Below, in pieces: positions 50,399 through 59,787 of a stretch of DNA of 64,000 nt; position 1 is the first letter of the stretch; every line of letters begins with the position of its first letter. The position numbers and the translations under genes were made by a program. Origin of the DNA: Paraliomyxa miuraensis (GTDB lineage Bacteria > Myxococcota_A > Polyangia > Nannocystales > Nannocystaceae); the NCBI RefSeq assembly GCF_026337845.1, contig NZ_JAOVZF010000146.1, positions 57,015 through 121,014 of the forward strand, written 5' to 3'. The notes under the pieces were generated by a model that searched no databases, was not told the DNA's origin, and worked only from the letters and a program-made list of their open reading frames with translations.

Positions 50399-52315
50399 AT
50401 GGTGCGCGACGTCGCTGGCTGGAGTCTCGCCACCGTGCTGCTCGGTGGGGGAGCGCTGGCCTGTGGCGATGGCGTACCCGCGCTCGGCGGCGGCAGCGGC
50501 GATCAGGACACCGACGCGCTCCTGCCTCCGCCCGAGATCGTGGCGGCCCCCGACGCGGTGGCCCGGGGCAGTCGGCTCTACGTGATGGTCGACCTGCCGA
50601 TGCACATGGTGCTGCTCGACATCGATGGCCAGCTCCTCGACGGTCCACGGGAGCCGCTGCAGGCCGACCTGCCCGGTGCGATCGTGCCGCTGCCCGACGA
50701 CCTCGAGGTGGGTTCGGCCACCCTGTTCGTGCGGCGCCGCGCCCAGCCCGAGTCGGTGGCCGAGCACGCGCTGACGGTGGTGGAGCCGCGCTTCGTCGAC
50801 GTGGCCGAGCCGATCGGCCTGGCCCACGTGCACGACGTGACCGGCAGCCCGGACGAGTGCGCCGAGAGCCACACCGGGCTCGCGTTCGGCGACTACGACG
50901 GCGACGGCGACGTGGATGCCTACGTGGGCCAGGTGGGCCGAGACGGCGTGCTGCATCGCAACGTGGGCGACCGCGATGGTGACGGCCTGCCCGAGTTCGA
51001 GGATGCGACCGCGGCCGCGGGCCTGCACGATGTGGAGCTGTCCGCGGTGGCCATGGCCACGTTCGTCGACCTCGAGGGCGACGGCGATCTCGACCTGTTC
51101 GTGGGCCGCCGTGGGACCAACGTGGTGCTGCGCAATCGCCTGGTGCCGTCGGGCCAGCCCGGCTTCGACGACGTGACCCTCGAGGTGGGGCTGGGCGTGG
51201 AGAGCCAGCGCACCATGGGGGTGGCGTTCGGCGACTACGATGCCGACGACGACCTCGACCTCTACGTGGTCAACCACGCCTACTGCTTCCCCGCCCTGGG
51301 CAGCGAGATCCGGGCGCGGGATCACCTCTATCGCAATGACGGCGGGGTGTTCGTCGAGCGCACCGAGGCGCTCGGGGGTGGCACGGCCCAGGTGATCGAC
51401 TCGGTGGGGTTCTCGGCCGTGTGGATCGACGTCGAGCGCGACGGCGATCAGGATCTGGTGGTCATCAACGACGACGTGGGCGGCATGATCAGCGAGCCCA
51501 ATGCCCTGTGGCGCAACGACGGCCCGGGGCAGGGGTGGACGTTCACCAACGTGGCGGAGGAGTCCGGAGTGGGGCTCGCCCGCGTCAACGGCATGGGCCT
51601 GGCGCTGGGCGACGTCGATGGCGACGGCATGGTCGACCTGGCCTTCACCAACATCGGGGAGAACGTGCTGCTGCTCAATGCGGGCGACGGGACGTTCGTC
51701 GACGTCTCGCTCGACGCGGGGATCGAGCGCCGCCGGCTGCCCTGGGATCGGCCGTCGATCACCTGGGCCCCGCACCTGTGGGACCACGACGACGACGGCG
51801 ATCTCGACCTCTACTTCAGCGGGGGCCGCATCAAGGGCAGCCAGCCGGTGCCCGATGCCTTCTTCGACAACCGCGGCGACGGGACGTACGAGGATCTCAC
51901 CTGGGCCTCGGGACTGAACGATCCCGCCCATGGCAAGGGCTCGGCCCTGGTCGATCTCGACGGCGACGGGGCGTGGGAGCTGGCCACCGCCGTGTGGGGC
52001 GGCACGCTGCGCGTGTATCACAACCGCATGGATCGGTCCGTCACCGGACATCACTGGCTCGACGTGGAGCTGCGCGGGCGTGGGGGCAATCGAGCGGCGG
52101 TGGGGGCGATCGTGGAGCTGACCACCGAGGCGGGCACCCAGACCTGCTTCCACACGGGGCGCCCGTCGCTGGGTGGGGGCGGGGATACGGCGTGCCACTT
52201 TGGTCTGGGGTCGCACGCGGAGGCGATCGCGCTGCGCATCGTGTGGCCCGACGGCACCGCGACCGAGCCCGCGCCGCCGGCGGTCGATCGACGCGTGCGC
52301 TACGATCAGCCCTGA
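50399..52315 (+). CDS. CRTAC1-family protein (FG-GAP/VCBS repeats plus a C-terminal ASPIC/UnbV domain)
   Basis: Lipobox (GALAC). Multiple DGDGD.D repeats. The C-terminal HWLDVELRGRGGNRAAVGA...GGGGD region matches ASPIC/UnbV. Confidence 0.8.
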   Translation: MVRDVAGWSLATVLLGGGALACGDGVPALGGGSGDQDTDALLPPPEIVAAPDAVARGSRLYVMVDLPMHMVLLDIDGQLLDGPREPLQADLPGAIVPLPDDLEVGSATLFVRRRAQPESVAEHALTVVEPRFVDVAEPIGLAHVHDVTGSPDECAESHTGLAFGDYDGDGDVDAYVGQVGRDGVLHRNVGDRDGDGLPEFEDATAAAGLHDVELSAVAMATFVDLEGDGDLDLFVGRRGTNVVLRNRLVPSGQPGFDDVTLEVGLGVESQRTMGVAFGDYDADDDLDLYVVNHAYCFPALGSEIRARDHLYRNDGGVFVERTEALGGGTAQVIDSVGFSAVWIDVERDGDQDLVVINDDVGGMISEPNALWRNDGPGQGWTFTNVAEESGVGLARVNGMGLALGDVDGDGMVDLAFTNIGENVLLLNAGDGTFVDVSLDAGIERRRLPWDRPSITWAPHLWDHDDDGDLDLYFSGGRIKGSQPVPDAFFDNRGDGTYEDLTWASGLNDPAHGKGSALVDLDGDGAWELATAVWGGTLRVYHNRMDRSVTGHHWLDVELRGRGGNRAAVGAIVELTTEAGTQTCFHTGRPSLGGGGDTACHFGLGSHAEAIALRIVWPDGTATEPAPPAVDRRVRYDQP

Positions 52316-52335
52316 CCGGCGGTCGGGACACCCGA

Positions 52336-52378
52336 CGGGCTGGCCGGGGCGGCTGGCCGAGGCGGCTGGCCGAGGCGT
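52336..52378 (+). repeat. Tandem direct repeat (GGCTGGCCGAGGC x2 plus a degenerate third copy) in the intergenic region upstream of the rSAM gene
   Basis: Observed sequence gggctggccggggcggctggccgaggcggctggccgaggcg. Confidence 0.5.
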
Positions 52379-52390
52379 TGGGCATGCGCC

Positions 52391-53254
52391 ATGATGGCCC
52401 GCCGCGCGATGACCCGACTCACCGTCACCGATCACGACCGCGATGCCGCGGGCCTGACCTATGTGTACCCGGTGGTCTCTCGTCGGGCCGGGGGCGTGTC
52501 GGTGGGGATCAACCTGAACCCCAACAACGCCTGCAACTGGCGCTGCGTGTACTGCCAGGTGCCGGGGCTCGTGCGCGGCGCGGCGCCGCCCATCGACGTG
52601 GATCGGCTCGAGGCCGAGCTGCGCGGGTTCCTGGGGCGAGCACAGCGCCAGGAGTGGCTCGAGCGCAACGTCGAGGAGCCCTACCGCCGCGTGGTCGACG
52701 TGGCGTTCTCGGGCAACGGCGAGCCCACCACCAGCGATCAGCTCGACGAGATCGTCGCGCGCGTGCTCGACGTGCTGCACGGCGAGGGGCTCGCCGACCT
52801 GAACAAGGTGCTCATCACCAACGGGTCGCAGCTGCATCGGCCGGCGGTCCAGCCCGCGGTGGAGCGGCTGGGCCGGGCGGGCGGCGAGGCGTGGTTCAAG
52901 TTCGACAGCGCCACCGCGGCCGGGCGCAAGGCGATCAACGATGCGGCCGGGTCGCCGCAGCGTGCCCGCGAGAACCTGCGGATCTGCGCCGGCCTGTGCC
53001 GCACGCGGATCCAGACCTGCGTGATCGCCATCGATGGCGAGCCCCCGAGCGAGGCCGAGCAGTCGGCCTACCTCGCGTTCCTGGCCGAGGAGCTCGCCGC
53101 GGGCACCGCCCTCCACGACGTGCTGCTCTACGGCATGGCCCGGCCGCCGCAGCAGCCGGGAGCGCAGCGGCTGTCGCGGCTACCCGATGCGTGGCTGGAG
53201 GGCTTCGCCGCGCGGATCCGCGGCGTGGGGCTCCCGGTCATCGTGCGCGCGTGA
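52391..53254 (+). CDS. Small radical SAM protein (287 aa)
   Basis: CNWRCVYC (CxxxCxxC) and FSGNGEPT (GGE-like SAM-binding motif). Its 3' end overlaps the convergent downstream gene by about 75 nt. Confidence 0.75.
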   Translation: MMARRAMTRLTVTDHDRDAAGLTYVYPVVSRRAGGVSVGINLNPNNACNWRCVYCQVPGLVRGAAPPIDVDRLEAELRGFLGRAQRQEWLERNVEEPYRRVVDVAFSGNGEPTTSDQLDEIVARVLDVLHGEGLADLNKVLITNGSQLHRPAVQPAVERLGRAGGEAWFKFDSATAAGRKAINDAAGSPQRARENLRICAGLCRTRIQTCVIAIDGEPPSEAEQSAYLAFLAEELAAGTALHDVLLYGMARPPQQPGAQRLSRLPDAWLEGFAARIRGVGLPVIVRA

Positions 53255-54340
53255 CAGCAGGCGGGTCAGTACGGGCGCGACCACCCGCTCGGCCACGTCG
53301 AGCTCGATCCGTGCGAGCTCGGCCGCGTCGAGCAGACCGTGGATCGCGACGTCGGGCTCGGGCGTGGGCGTCTGCCGGACGCGAGCCCGACGCTCGGCGA
53401 GCGCGAGCGCGAACGCGTCGGCGAGCGGCTCGGCCAGCGCTCGATCGCGCTGCAGCGCCCACCGCAAGGTGGCCCACGCCAGGGCGGCATGACGGGTCTC
53501 GTCCTCCGCGATCGTCTCGCTCACCTCGACCGCCCGACCGGTGGCCCTGGCGGTGGCCACCTGCGCGGCCGCGGCCGCGGCTCCCTCACCCAGGCAGCCC
53601 TCGAGCAATGCGTCGATCGCCACCTGCTCCAGGGTGACGGAGCGCCAGGGCACGGCGGGCAGCGGGCCCAGGTCCCACGCCTCTTCGTCATCGAGGTCGC
53701 CCAGCGTGCGAGCGAGGTCGAGGGCCAGGCGTGCGTGGGCGATCTCGTCGAGGGCCGCGCGATGGCAGCCCTCGAGCAGGTGTGGCGGAGCGCCCAGGGT
53801 CATCAGCTCGAGGCTCGCCCGGGAGAACGCGGCCACCGACGCATGCTCGGCGCGTGCGAGCTCGAGCCAGCGCGCGGCCGCATGGCGGCGGTTGGTGTCG
53901 CGATCGGCTGCGAGCGCAGCCGTGGCCCGAGACCAGTGCCGACCTCGCGTCACCTCGGCCAGCACCCACTGGCCCTCGTGCTGCAAGGGCCGACCCGCGA
54001 CCGCATTGCAGCCCTGTCTGTGGCTGACCCACTCGTCGGCGTCGCTGCACGCGTCGGGCCAGGTCCAGCCGGGATCGCAGGTGGCCGCATCGGCTTCGAT
54101 CTCGGCCAGCCGGGCCTCGAGCGCCTCGAGACACTCGTCCGCCTTGCTGGGACGGTAGCGCACGCAATCGTCCTTCGCGTAGCCCGAGACCTCGTCGCAC
54201 ATCAGACCCTCGGCGCCGCAGGCCTCGTCGATCTCGCACGCCAGCCGCTCGCGCTCCGCGGTGAAGGTTTCGAAGTCGCTCCCACAACCCGCTGCGATCA
54301 GCATCGTGAGGAGGAGGTGGTGGATCACGTCCTTGTTCAT
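53180..54340 (-). CDS. Lipoprotein with a ferritin-like (ExxH diiron-like) helical domain
   Basis: Start at MNKDVIHHLLLTMLIAAGC (lipobox). Paired AEHASVAAF and EDETRHAAL motifs typical of ferritin-like four-helix bundles. Confidence 0.5.
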   Translation of the reverse strand: MNKDVIHHLLLTMLIAAGCGSDFETFTAERERLACEIDEACGAEGLMCDEVSGYAKDDCVRYRPSKADECLEALEARLAEIEADAATCDPGWTWPDACSDADEWVSHRQGCNAVAGRPLQHEGQWVLAEVTRGRHWSRATAALAADRDTNRRHAAARWLELARAEHASVAAFSRASLELMTLGAPPHLLEGCHRAALDEIAHARLALDLARTLGDLDDEEAWDLGPLPAVPWRSVTLEQVAIDALLEGCLGEGAAAAAAQVATARATGRAVEVSETIAEDETRHAALAWATLRWALQRDRALAEPLADAFALALAERRARVRQTPTPEPDVAIHGLLDAAELARIELDVAERVVAPVLTRLLSRAHDDREPHAADPRGEALQPRIG

Positions 54341-54507
54341 GGTGTAGTCCAGTCCAGCTCGATGGCAGTCCAATGATGACCGAGTCGGCGCACGGCCTCG
54401 ACCCGAGAGTGCCCGCGGGGTCGAGATCGGATCACCGGACCGCGAAAACATCGTTACGGACATGATTTCCGGTGCGAGGCGGCTGGATCGGGGTGATACT
54501 TCCGGCC

Positions 54508-54894
54508 ATGGCTCGCCTGACCCCTTGTCCCTCGTGTCATGCTCATGTGCTCGTCGGTGATCGTGCGTGCCCGCACTGCGGCGCGTTGCTGCGCAGCACG
54601 GCCGCGCCGCGGGTTGCGACGCTTGCGGTCGGCCTGACCCTCGCCAGCTGCATCATGGCCGAGCCGGCCTATGGCCTCCCGGATCCGAGCACCTCGGGCA
54701 CCGGAGGTACGGCCGGGACGACGGGGAGCACCGAGGGGGCGACCGACGGCATGACCGAGGGGATGACCACCACGGCGAGCACGGGAGCCGAGTCGGGCGG
54801 CACGGACACCGGCGGCACGGACACCGGTGGCACCACGGCCGACGGCAGCTCGGGCCCCGAGCCCGACTACGGCGTGGCGACCACCAGCGGCTAG
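54508..54894 (+). CDS. Zinc-ribbon (CPSCH...CPHCG) lipoprotein with a Thr/Gly/Ser-rich tail, paralogue A
   Basis: MARLTPCPSCHAHVLVGDRACPHCGALL, then lipobox (LTLASC), then a low-complexity TGG/TGS-rich region. Paralogue of 57326-57781. Confidence 0.5.
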   Translation: MARLTPCPSCHAHVLVGDRACPHCGALLRSTAAPRVATLAVGLTLASCIMAEPAYGLPDPSTSGTGGTAGTTGSTEGATDGMTEGMTTTASTGAESGGTDTGGTDTGGTTADGSSGPEPDYGVATTSG

Positions 54895-55982
54895 CCTCGG
54901 CCAACCGTCGGGTCGCCGTCGAGCTTGGTCTCGGTCGCCATCAGCTCCACCACGAAGCGGCACCCCTGCGGGGGTCGATTGATCACCCGGACGGCACCGC
55001 CGTGCGCCTCTACGGCCTGCTTGACGATCATCAAGCCGAGCCCGAAGCCGCTGCGATCCGCGTTGGCCTGCACGAACGGCTGGAACATCCGCGCGGGCAG
55101 GTCCTCGGGCAGCCCGCCGCAGTCGTCCTCGACCTCGAAGCGCATGCGGTCGCCCACGTACTGGGTGCGGATGACGACGGCTCCGCCCTCGCGGCTGAAC
55201 TTGATGCCATTGACCACGAGGTTGGTCAGCGCCGAGACCATCAGCTTGCGGTCCACGCTCACCACGAGGTCCACGCCCTCGGTCATCAGCTCGATGTCCC
55301 GTCGATCCGCGAGCATCGAGGCGTTGGCGATCACCTCGCGCAGCAGCTCGGCGGTGCGCTCCGGCGTGCACTGCAGCTCGGGTGCGCCGAACAGCCGCGC
55401 CTCGACCAGCGAATTGTCCACGAGGTGAACGAGCTGGTCGTGGGCCCGCTGCACGCGCTCGAGCAGCCCCGCGCGATCGCCCCGCCCCACCATCAAGAGC
55501 TGTGTGGCCAAGCGCGCGGTGTGGAGCGGGGTGCGGAGCTCGTGGGCCACGAACGAGAAGTGCCGCGAGGCCTCCTCCGCGAGCTGGCGATCGCGTAGCT
55601 GGGCGTAGGCCCGTACCGACTCGGCGGTGCCACGGCCGATGATGCGCGCGAGCACGCTGGCCTCCCGCGGCGAGAGCGAGTGCCGCAGCTCGGCCATGAG
55701 CTCGAAGATGGTCTCACCGACCATGCCGAGCTCCTCGGCCAGCCCCCCGATGTCGAAGCCCATCTCGACGCGGTGGCGGCCGTGCGCCGCGGCGCCGCGA
55801 GTGTCCGTCCACTGCTCGGGCGGGAGGTCGAGCTGCTCGACGATCTCATCGAGGAACTCGGGCAGGTCGTTGACGATCTGCGGCTTCTGGGAGGGTTCCA
55901 GCCCGAGGCGCTTTGCGGTCTTCCATGACCAGCGTTCGATGATCGAGTCCTTGTGCTGCCGGATCAGGAGAGAGAGCTTCAC
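54891..55982 (-). CDS. Sensor histidine kinase (RsbRD-N-like N-terminal domain, HisKA, HATPase_c)
   Basis: H-box FVAHELRTPLH. N, G1 (DDCGGL) and G2 (GFGLGL) boxes. Start moved to the GTG at V16 (VKLSLLIRQHKDSIIERW), because the upstream codons overlap the neighbouring gene's region. The start is uncertain. Confidence 0.8.
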   Translation of the reverse strand: MKLSLLIRQHKDSIIERWSWKTAKRLGLEPSQKPQIVNDLPEFLDEIVEQLDLPPEQWTDTRGAAAHGRHRVEMGFDIGGLAEELGMVGETIFELMAELRHSLSPREASVLARIIGRGTAESVRAYAQLRDRQLAEEASRHFSFVAHELRTPLHTARLATQLLMVGRGDRAGLLERVQRAHDQLVHLVDNSLVEARLFGAPELQCTPERTAELLREVIANASMLADRRDIELMTEGVDLVVSVDRKLMVSALTNLVVNGIKFSREGGAVVIRTQYVGDRMRFEVEDDCGGLPEDLPARMFQPFVQANADRSGFGLGLMIVKQAVEAHGGAVRVINRPPQGCRFVVELMATETKLDGDPTVGRG

Positions 55983-56182
55983 GGGTCCGCCTTCCAGGCG
56001 CAGGCCGCACCGTGGGGGATGGCCCACGGATCTGGAGCGCCATGCGTGAACACAGACCTGTAGCAGACGATGCGCGCGAGTCGACCTCGGCGTTCCCTTC
56101 TTCGACCGTGGACCGGAGTCGACCGTGGGGACGCTTCACTCGGCTGGCCGGCCGTCGAGCGGCATGCCGCTCGCGGGGGTCG

Positions 56183-57244
56183 TCAGGATTCCCGCCGCAG
56201 CTGCTGCACCAACGCCTGCAGCAGGGGTCGCAGCGCGGCCCACAGCGGCCGCGCCAGCCCGGGTTGCCATGGATCTCGTGGCCAGACGTCGTGGCGCTGC
56301 GCATGGGCGGCCGCCCTGGCTTGCTCCGACCGCGTGATGGCCATGGTGCACAGCAGCTCGTCGTCGAGCTCGACCTCGTCGACCACGGCCGCCGCCGCCT
56401 CTCGGGTGACCTCACGCTCGGGATCGACCACCGTGGCCACGACCTTGACGCACTGCATCACCCGCAGACCAATCGATTGCCGTGGAGGAAAGAGCGGCGG
56501 CGGGGCCGGAGACACGGGGTCCGGATCGCCGATCGCGGCGAGCTCGGCCTCGAGCGGCCCGAAGATGTCCAGCCCGTCCATGGGTCGGTCGATGAAGACC
56601 TCGAGCTTGGTGCCGAGTGCCTCGCTGGCGACCCGGGAGAGCTCGGCCTCGATCGGAGCGAGCACGGTGCCGTTCAACGCCTCCGCCGGGATCTCGTAGT
56701 ACCCGAGTAGCGGTGTCAGCTCCAGCGACATTGCATCCGAGGTCGAGGGCAGCACGGAGACGGGCTCGGCCCACACGAGCGCTGCGCTCGTGGGGAGGGT
56801 CGAGCAAGAGTGGCAACTCGATCGCACCTCGAGCCAGCGCTCACATCCTGTACAGCGCCACTGTACCCCGCCCACGATGTCCCGTAGTTCTGGATCGTAG
56901 GCGACCCAGCCGCTCTGCCCGCAGAGCGCCCGAACGATGGTGTCGACGAATCGCGGCTCGCCGTGGTCGGCTTCTCGCAGCACCGACACCGTGGCCCGAT
57001 CCTCGCCGAGGCTCAGCGAGAACGGCGCATCGGGAGCTTGCATGGTGATCGCATGCGGGTCGTCGGTCTGGTCGATGCCGGGCCAAAGGCATTGGACGAG
57101 GTCGGCCAGCGCGCGGGCGCGAGCCCGCGGGTGCTTGAGCGACCGGCGGTGCGGCTTGGCGCGCTCGACCCACTCGAGGATCGACGTGAGCGACAAGGGA
57201 TCGAGCTGCTCGTCGCGAGGGATCAGGTGGATCGGAGACGGCAC
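56183..57244 (-). CDS. Hypothetical protein (353 aa)
   Basis: High GC3 ORF upstream of and co-oriented with the histidine kinase. No recognised domain. Confidence 0.5.
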   Translation of the reverse strand: MPSPIHLIPRDEQLDPLSLTSILEWVERAKPHRRSLKHPRARARALADLVQCLWPGIDQTDDPHAITMQAPDAPFSLSLGEDRATVSVLREADHGEPRFVDTIVRALCGQSGWVAYDPELRDIVGGVQWRCTGCERWLEVRSSCHSCSTLPTSAALVWAEPVSVLPSTSDAMSLELTPLLGYYEIPAEALNGTVLAPIEAELSRVASEALGTKLEVFIDRPMDGLDIFGPLEAELAAIGDPDPVSPAPPPLFPPRQSIGLRVMQCVKVVATVVDPEREVTREAAAAVVDEVELDDELLCTMAITRSEQARAAAHAQRHDVWPRDPWQPGLARPLWAALRPLLQALVQQLRRES

Positions 57245-57325
57245 GGGAGCGGGCGGGCGACCGTATCACCTGCGGTGTTCACGTTGGGCTGGCCCGCCCG
57301 CCCGTCCCTGGGGCATGATGTGCAC

Positions 57326-57781
57326 ATGGCTCGCTTGACCCCTTGTCCCTCGTGCCACGCCCACGTGTTCGTCGACGACCGTCGCTGCCACAGCTGCGGC
57401 GCGGCGCTGCACACCACCACCGCGCCCGTCGTCACCTCGATGCTGCTCGGCTTGATGCTCGCCGGCTGCCCGGGTGACAAGGAGGACGACACGGGCGCGA
57501 CCACCCACGAGTCGCACGACGGCTCCGGCACCCACGGCACGACCATGGGCAGCGACACCGGCTCGACCACCGCCGACTCGATCAGCGGCAGCGGCGACGT
57601 GGAGTACGGGACGCCCGACACCGGCATCGACGATGCGACGGCGTCGGGGACCTCGGGATCGGACACGCTCGGCGAGCCGGAGTACGGCGTGCCCGAGACC
57701 AGCACCACCTCGGGCTCGGGCACCGACTCGGTCGGCGAGCCGGAGTACGGCGTGCCCGAGACCAGCACCGGCTCGGGCTGA
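57326..57781 (+). CDS. Zinc-ribbon lipoprotein with a Thr/Gly/Ser-rich tail, paralogue B
   Basis: MARLTPCPSCHAHVFVDDRRCHSCGAAL, then lipobox (LMLAGC), then TGS-rich repeats with EPEYGVPETST x2. The first 14 aa are identical to paralogue A. Confidence 0.5.
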   Translation: MARLTPCPSCHAHVFVDDRRCHSCGAALHTTTAPVVTSMLLGLMLAGCPGDKEDDTGATTHESHDGSGTHGTTMGSDTGSTTADSISGSGDVEYGTPDTGIDDATASGTSGSDTLGEPEYGVPETSTTSGSGTDSVGEPEYGVPETSTGSG

Positions 57782-57857
57782 AGGCCGAGTCAGCGCGCTC
57801 GCACGATGCTCGGGAGAGTGGCTCGTCGCCCGCCACCATCGCAGCGGTCAGCGCAGC

Positions 57858-58157
57858 TCAGAGTCGAGAGGCCCAGTACCCAGGCCTGCGTTTCATGTGT
57901 GCGACGGCGATCACCAGCACGCCATCCCCATGTGTGTAGACCAGGCGAAAGGGGAAGCGCTGAAGGTTGAACACACGCGCCGGGGCGTATCCGACCCACA
58001 CGGGCCACGCCAGGGGACGCTCGACGATGCGATCCACACCGCCGTAGACGGCGTCCTCGAATCCGTCACCGAGGCCGAGCTGTTGGCGCTCGTACCACGC
58101 GACGGCATCGGCGAACTCGTCTGCGGCCTCCGGGTGGAAGACGGCAGGCCCCGTCAC
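57858..58157 (-). CDS. Type II toxin, RelE/ParE family
   Basis: FHPEAADEFADAVAWYE N-terminus is typical of ParE/RelE-like toxins. 99 aa. ATGA overlap with the upstream antitoxin gene. Confidence 0.75.
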   Translation of the reverse strand: MTGPAVFHPEAADEFADAVAWYERQQLGLGDGFEDAVYGGVDRIVERPLAWPVWVGYAPARVFNLQRFPFRLVYTHGDGVLVIAVAHMKRRPGYWASRL

Positions 58158-58402
58158 TCCGACCGGGCCTTGCGGCGCTGCGCGACGACCTCGTGGACTT
58201 GGCTCAGCGTAAGGGGGACCACGGCGCCAGAGCGAACCTCGTCATGCCGTCGTTGGATCTCTGCCGTCCACGCGCCGTGGACGTCGGGGTCGTCGTCGGG
58301 GTCGTCGTCGTCCTCGAGCCCGCGGACGAGCTCGAGGGCAAAGAGCGCCCGCTCCTTCCGCGGAAGCTTTCTGCTCTCGATGATGAGCTGGTCGAGCTTC
58401 AT
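58154..58402 (-). CDS. Putative addiction-module antitoxin component (CHP02574-like)
   Basis: MKLDQLIIESRKLPRKERALFALELVRGLEDDDD...GAWTAEIQRRHDEV matches the putative addiction module component family. Sits directly upstream of the ParE-like toxin. Confidence 0.65.
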   Translation of the reverse strand: MKLDQLIIESRKLPRKERALFALELVRGLEDDDDPDDDPDVHGAWTAEIQRRHDEVRSGAVVPLTLSQVHEVVAQRRKARSE

Positions 58403-58450
58403 GATCGTCACCCAGGCTATCACGGTCGGGCCGCCGTGGCTCCCGCGCTA

Positions 58451-59707
58451 CTACCCCAGCACGGGCAACGACCGCCGCGAGGGCTCCGGCGGCGCCTCCG
58501 TCGACCACGGTTCCTCGCGCAGCTCGAACCTCCCGAAGTCGTACGGATCCCCCGGTGCCCGCACCGCATGCACCAGCACCTCGCGCACGCCCTGCTTTCG
58601 CAGCGTGCTGGCGCGGTGGTAGCAAAACGGGTTGTTCCCCCGTCGCCCCAGCGTGCTGTGGCTGGTGAACGAGCACCCGGCTCGGCACACGTCGGCGTAG
58701 TAGCAGCCGGCACAAAAGCCCCACAGCTCCTCGCGGGTGCGGTCGCGGGTGAACTTCATCGCCTCGCCCGACTCCCAGATCTCCTCGAGGCTCAGCTCGC
58801 GTACGTTGCCGCCCACATAGGGCGCGGTGGGCAGCGAGGGGCAGCCCTTGATCACTCCGTCGGACTCGATGCCCATCACGTACTGGCCCGCCTGGCAGCC
58901 CGAGAAGAAGCGATCGGCGCGATCGGGCCGCGAGCGCAGCATGTGCTCGTGCGGCCCGTAGTAGCCCATGTTGTTGCCCAGCGTCACGTGGAACGCCTTG
59001 TGCGGCGGCGTGCCGCTCTGCTGCGCTCGCGCCACCGCATCGGCCTCGATCTCGGCCAGCGTGTCGATGATCCCCATGATCATGTAGGGCTGCACGATCC
59101 ACTCGGGACGATCGGCCGCCCTCCCCATGGGTGCGGTGAGCTGCGCCCGCCACACCGCGACCCCGGCCGCCTCGAGCTCCGCCGCGATCTCCCGCAGCTG
59201 CCCCATGTTGAGCCGGTTGACCTGGGTGTTGCTGGTCACGACCATCCCCGCCGCGCGCCCGTTCTCCACCGCTCGCAACGCGGCCGCGTGGCTGCCGGGG
59301 CTGGCCCGCAGGGTGTCGTGCACCGCCTCGGTGCCGTCGATCGACACCCCGATCGCCGCCAGCCCCGCCTTGCGCAGGCGCCTGGCCCGGTCGGCCGTGA
59401 GCCCGCGTCCGCCGGTCTGCATGGTCACGCGCACCCCTTGCTTGGCCAGGTGCTCGACCAGCTCGTACACGTCGCTGCGCAGGTAGGCCTCGCCGCCGAT
59501 CAGCGTGACCTCGCGCGTGCCCAGCCTCACCAGCGCATCGGCCACTTCGAGCAGCTCGGCGGTGGACAGCTCGTCGTCGCGCACGGGGCCGGCTCGCGAG
59601 CCGCAGTGATCGCAGGCATGGTCGCAGCGCAAGGTGATCTCCCAGACCGCGTAGATGGGTCGCGGGCGATCTTGGTCCTGAGGACGGATGGTGCGGGGGC
59701 TCGACAT
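58451..59707 (-). CDS. Radical SAM/SPASM-domain protein (maturase-like), orphan
   Basis: CDHACDHC (CxxxCxxC) and GGEAYL. C-terminal SPASM-like Cys cluster (GCQAG...KGCPS...FCAGCYYADVCRAGC...FCYHR). Start set at MSSPRTIRPQ.... The upstream 118 codons of the track ORF are Arg/Pro-rich non-coding. Confidence 0.8.
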   Translation of the reverse strand: MSSPRTIRPQDQDRPRPIYAVWEITLRCDHACDHCGSRAGPVRDDELSTAELLEVADALVRLGTREVTLIGGEAYLRSDVYELVEHLAKQGVRVTMQTGGRGLTADRARRLRKAGLAAIGVSIDGTEAVHDTLRASPGSHAAALRAVENGRAAGMVVTSNTQVNRLNMGQLREIAAELEAAGVAVWRAQLTAPMGRAADRPEWIVQPYMIMGIIDTLAEIEADAVARAQQSGTPPHKAFHVTLGNNMGYYGPHEHMLRSRPDRADRFFSGCQAGQYVMGIESDGVIKGCPSLPTAPYVGGNVRELSLEEIWESGEAMKFTRDRTREELWGFCAGCYYADVCRAGCSFTSHSTLGRRGNNPFCYHRASTLRKQGVREVLVHAVRAPGDPYDFGRFELREEPWSTEAPPEPSRRSLPVLG

Positions 59708-59787
59708 GAGCGGTGTTCGGAGTATCGCATGCCCGAGCCGACGGCGGGGGGCTTGTCGTGCCCTGCGATCCATGGTCCCGTCCCGCC

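Noticed and set aside
50132-53116. 994-aa minus-strand ORF
   Set aside because: Antisense to the CRTAC1 and rSAM genes, with low-complexity translation.
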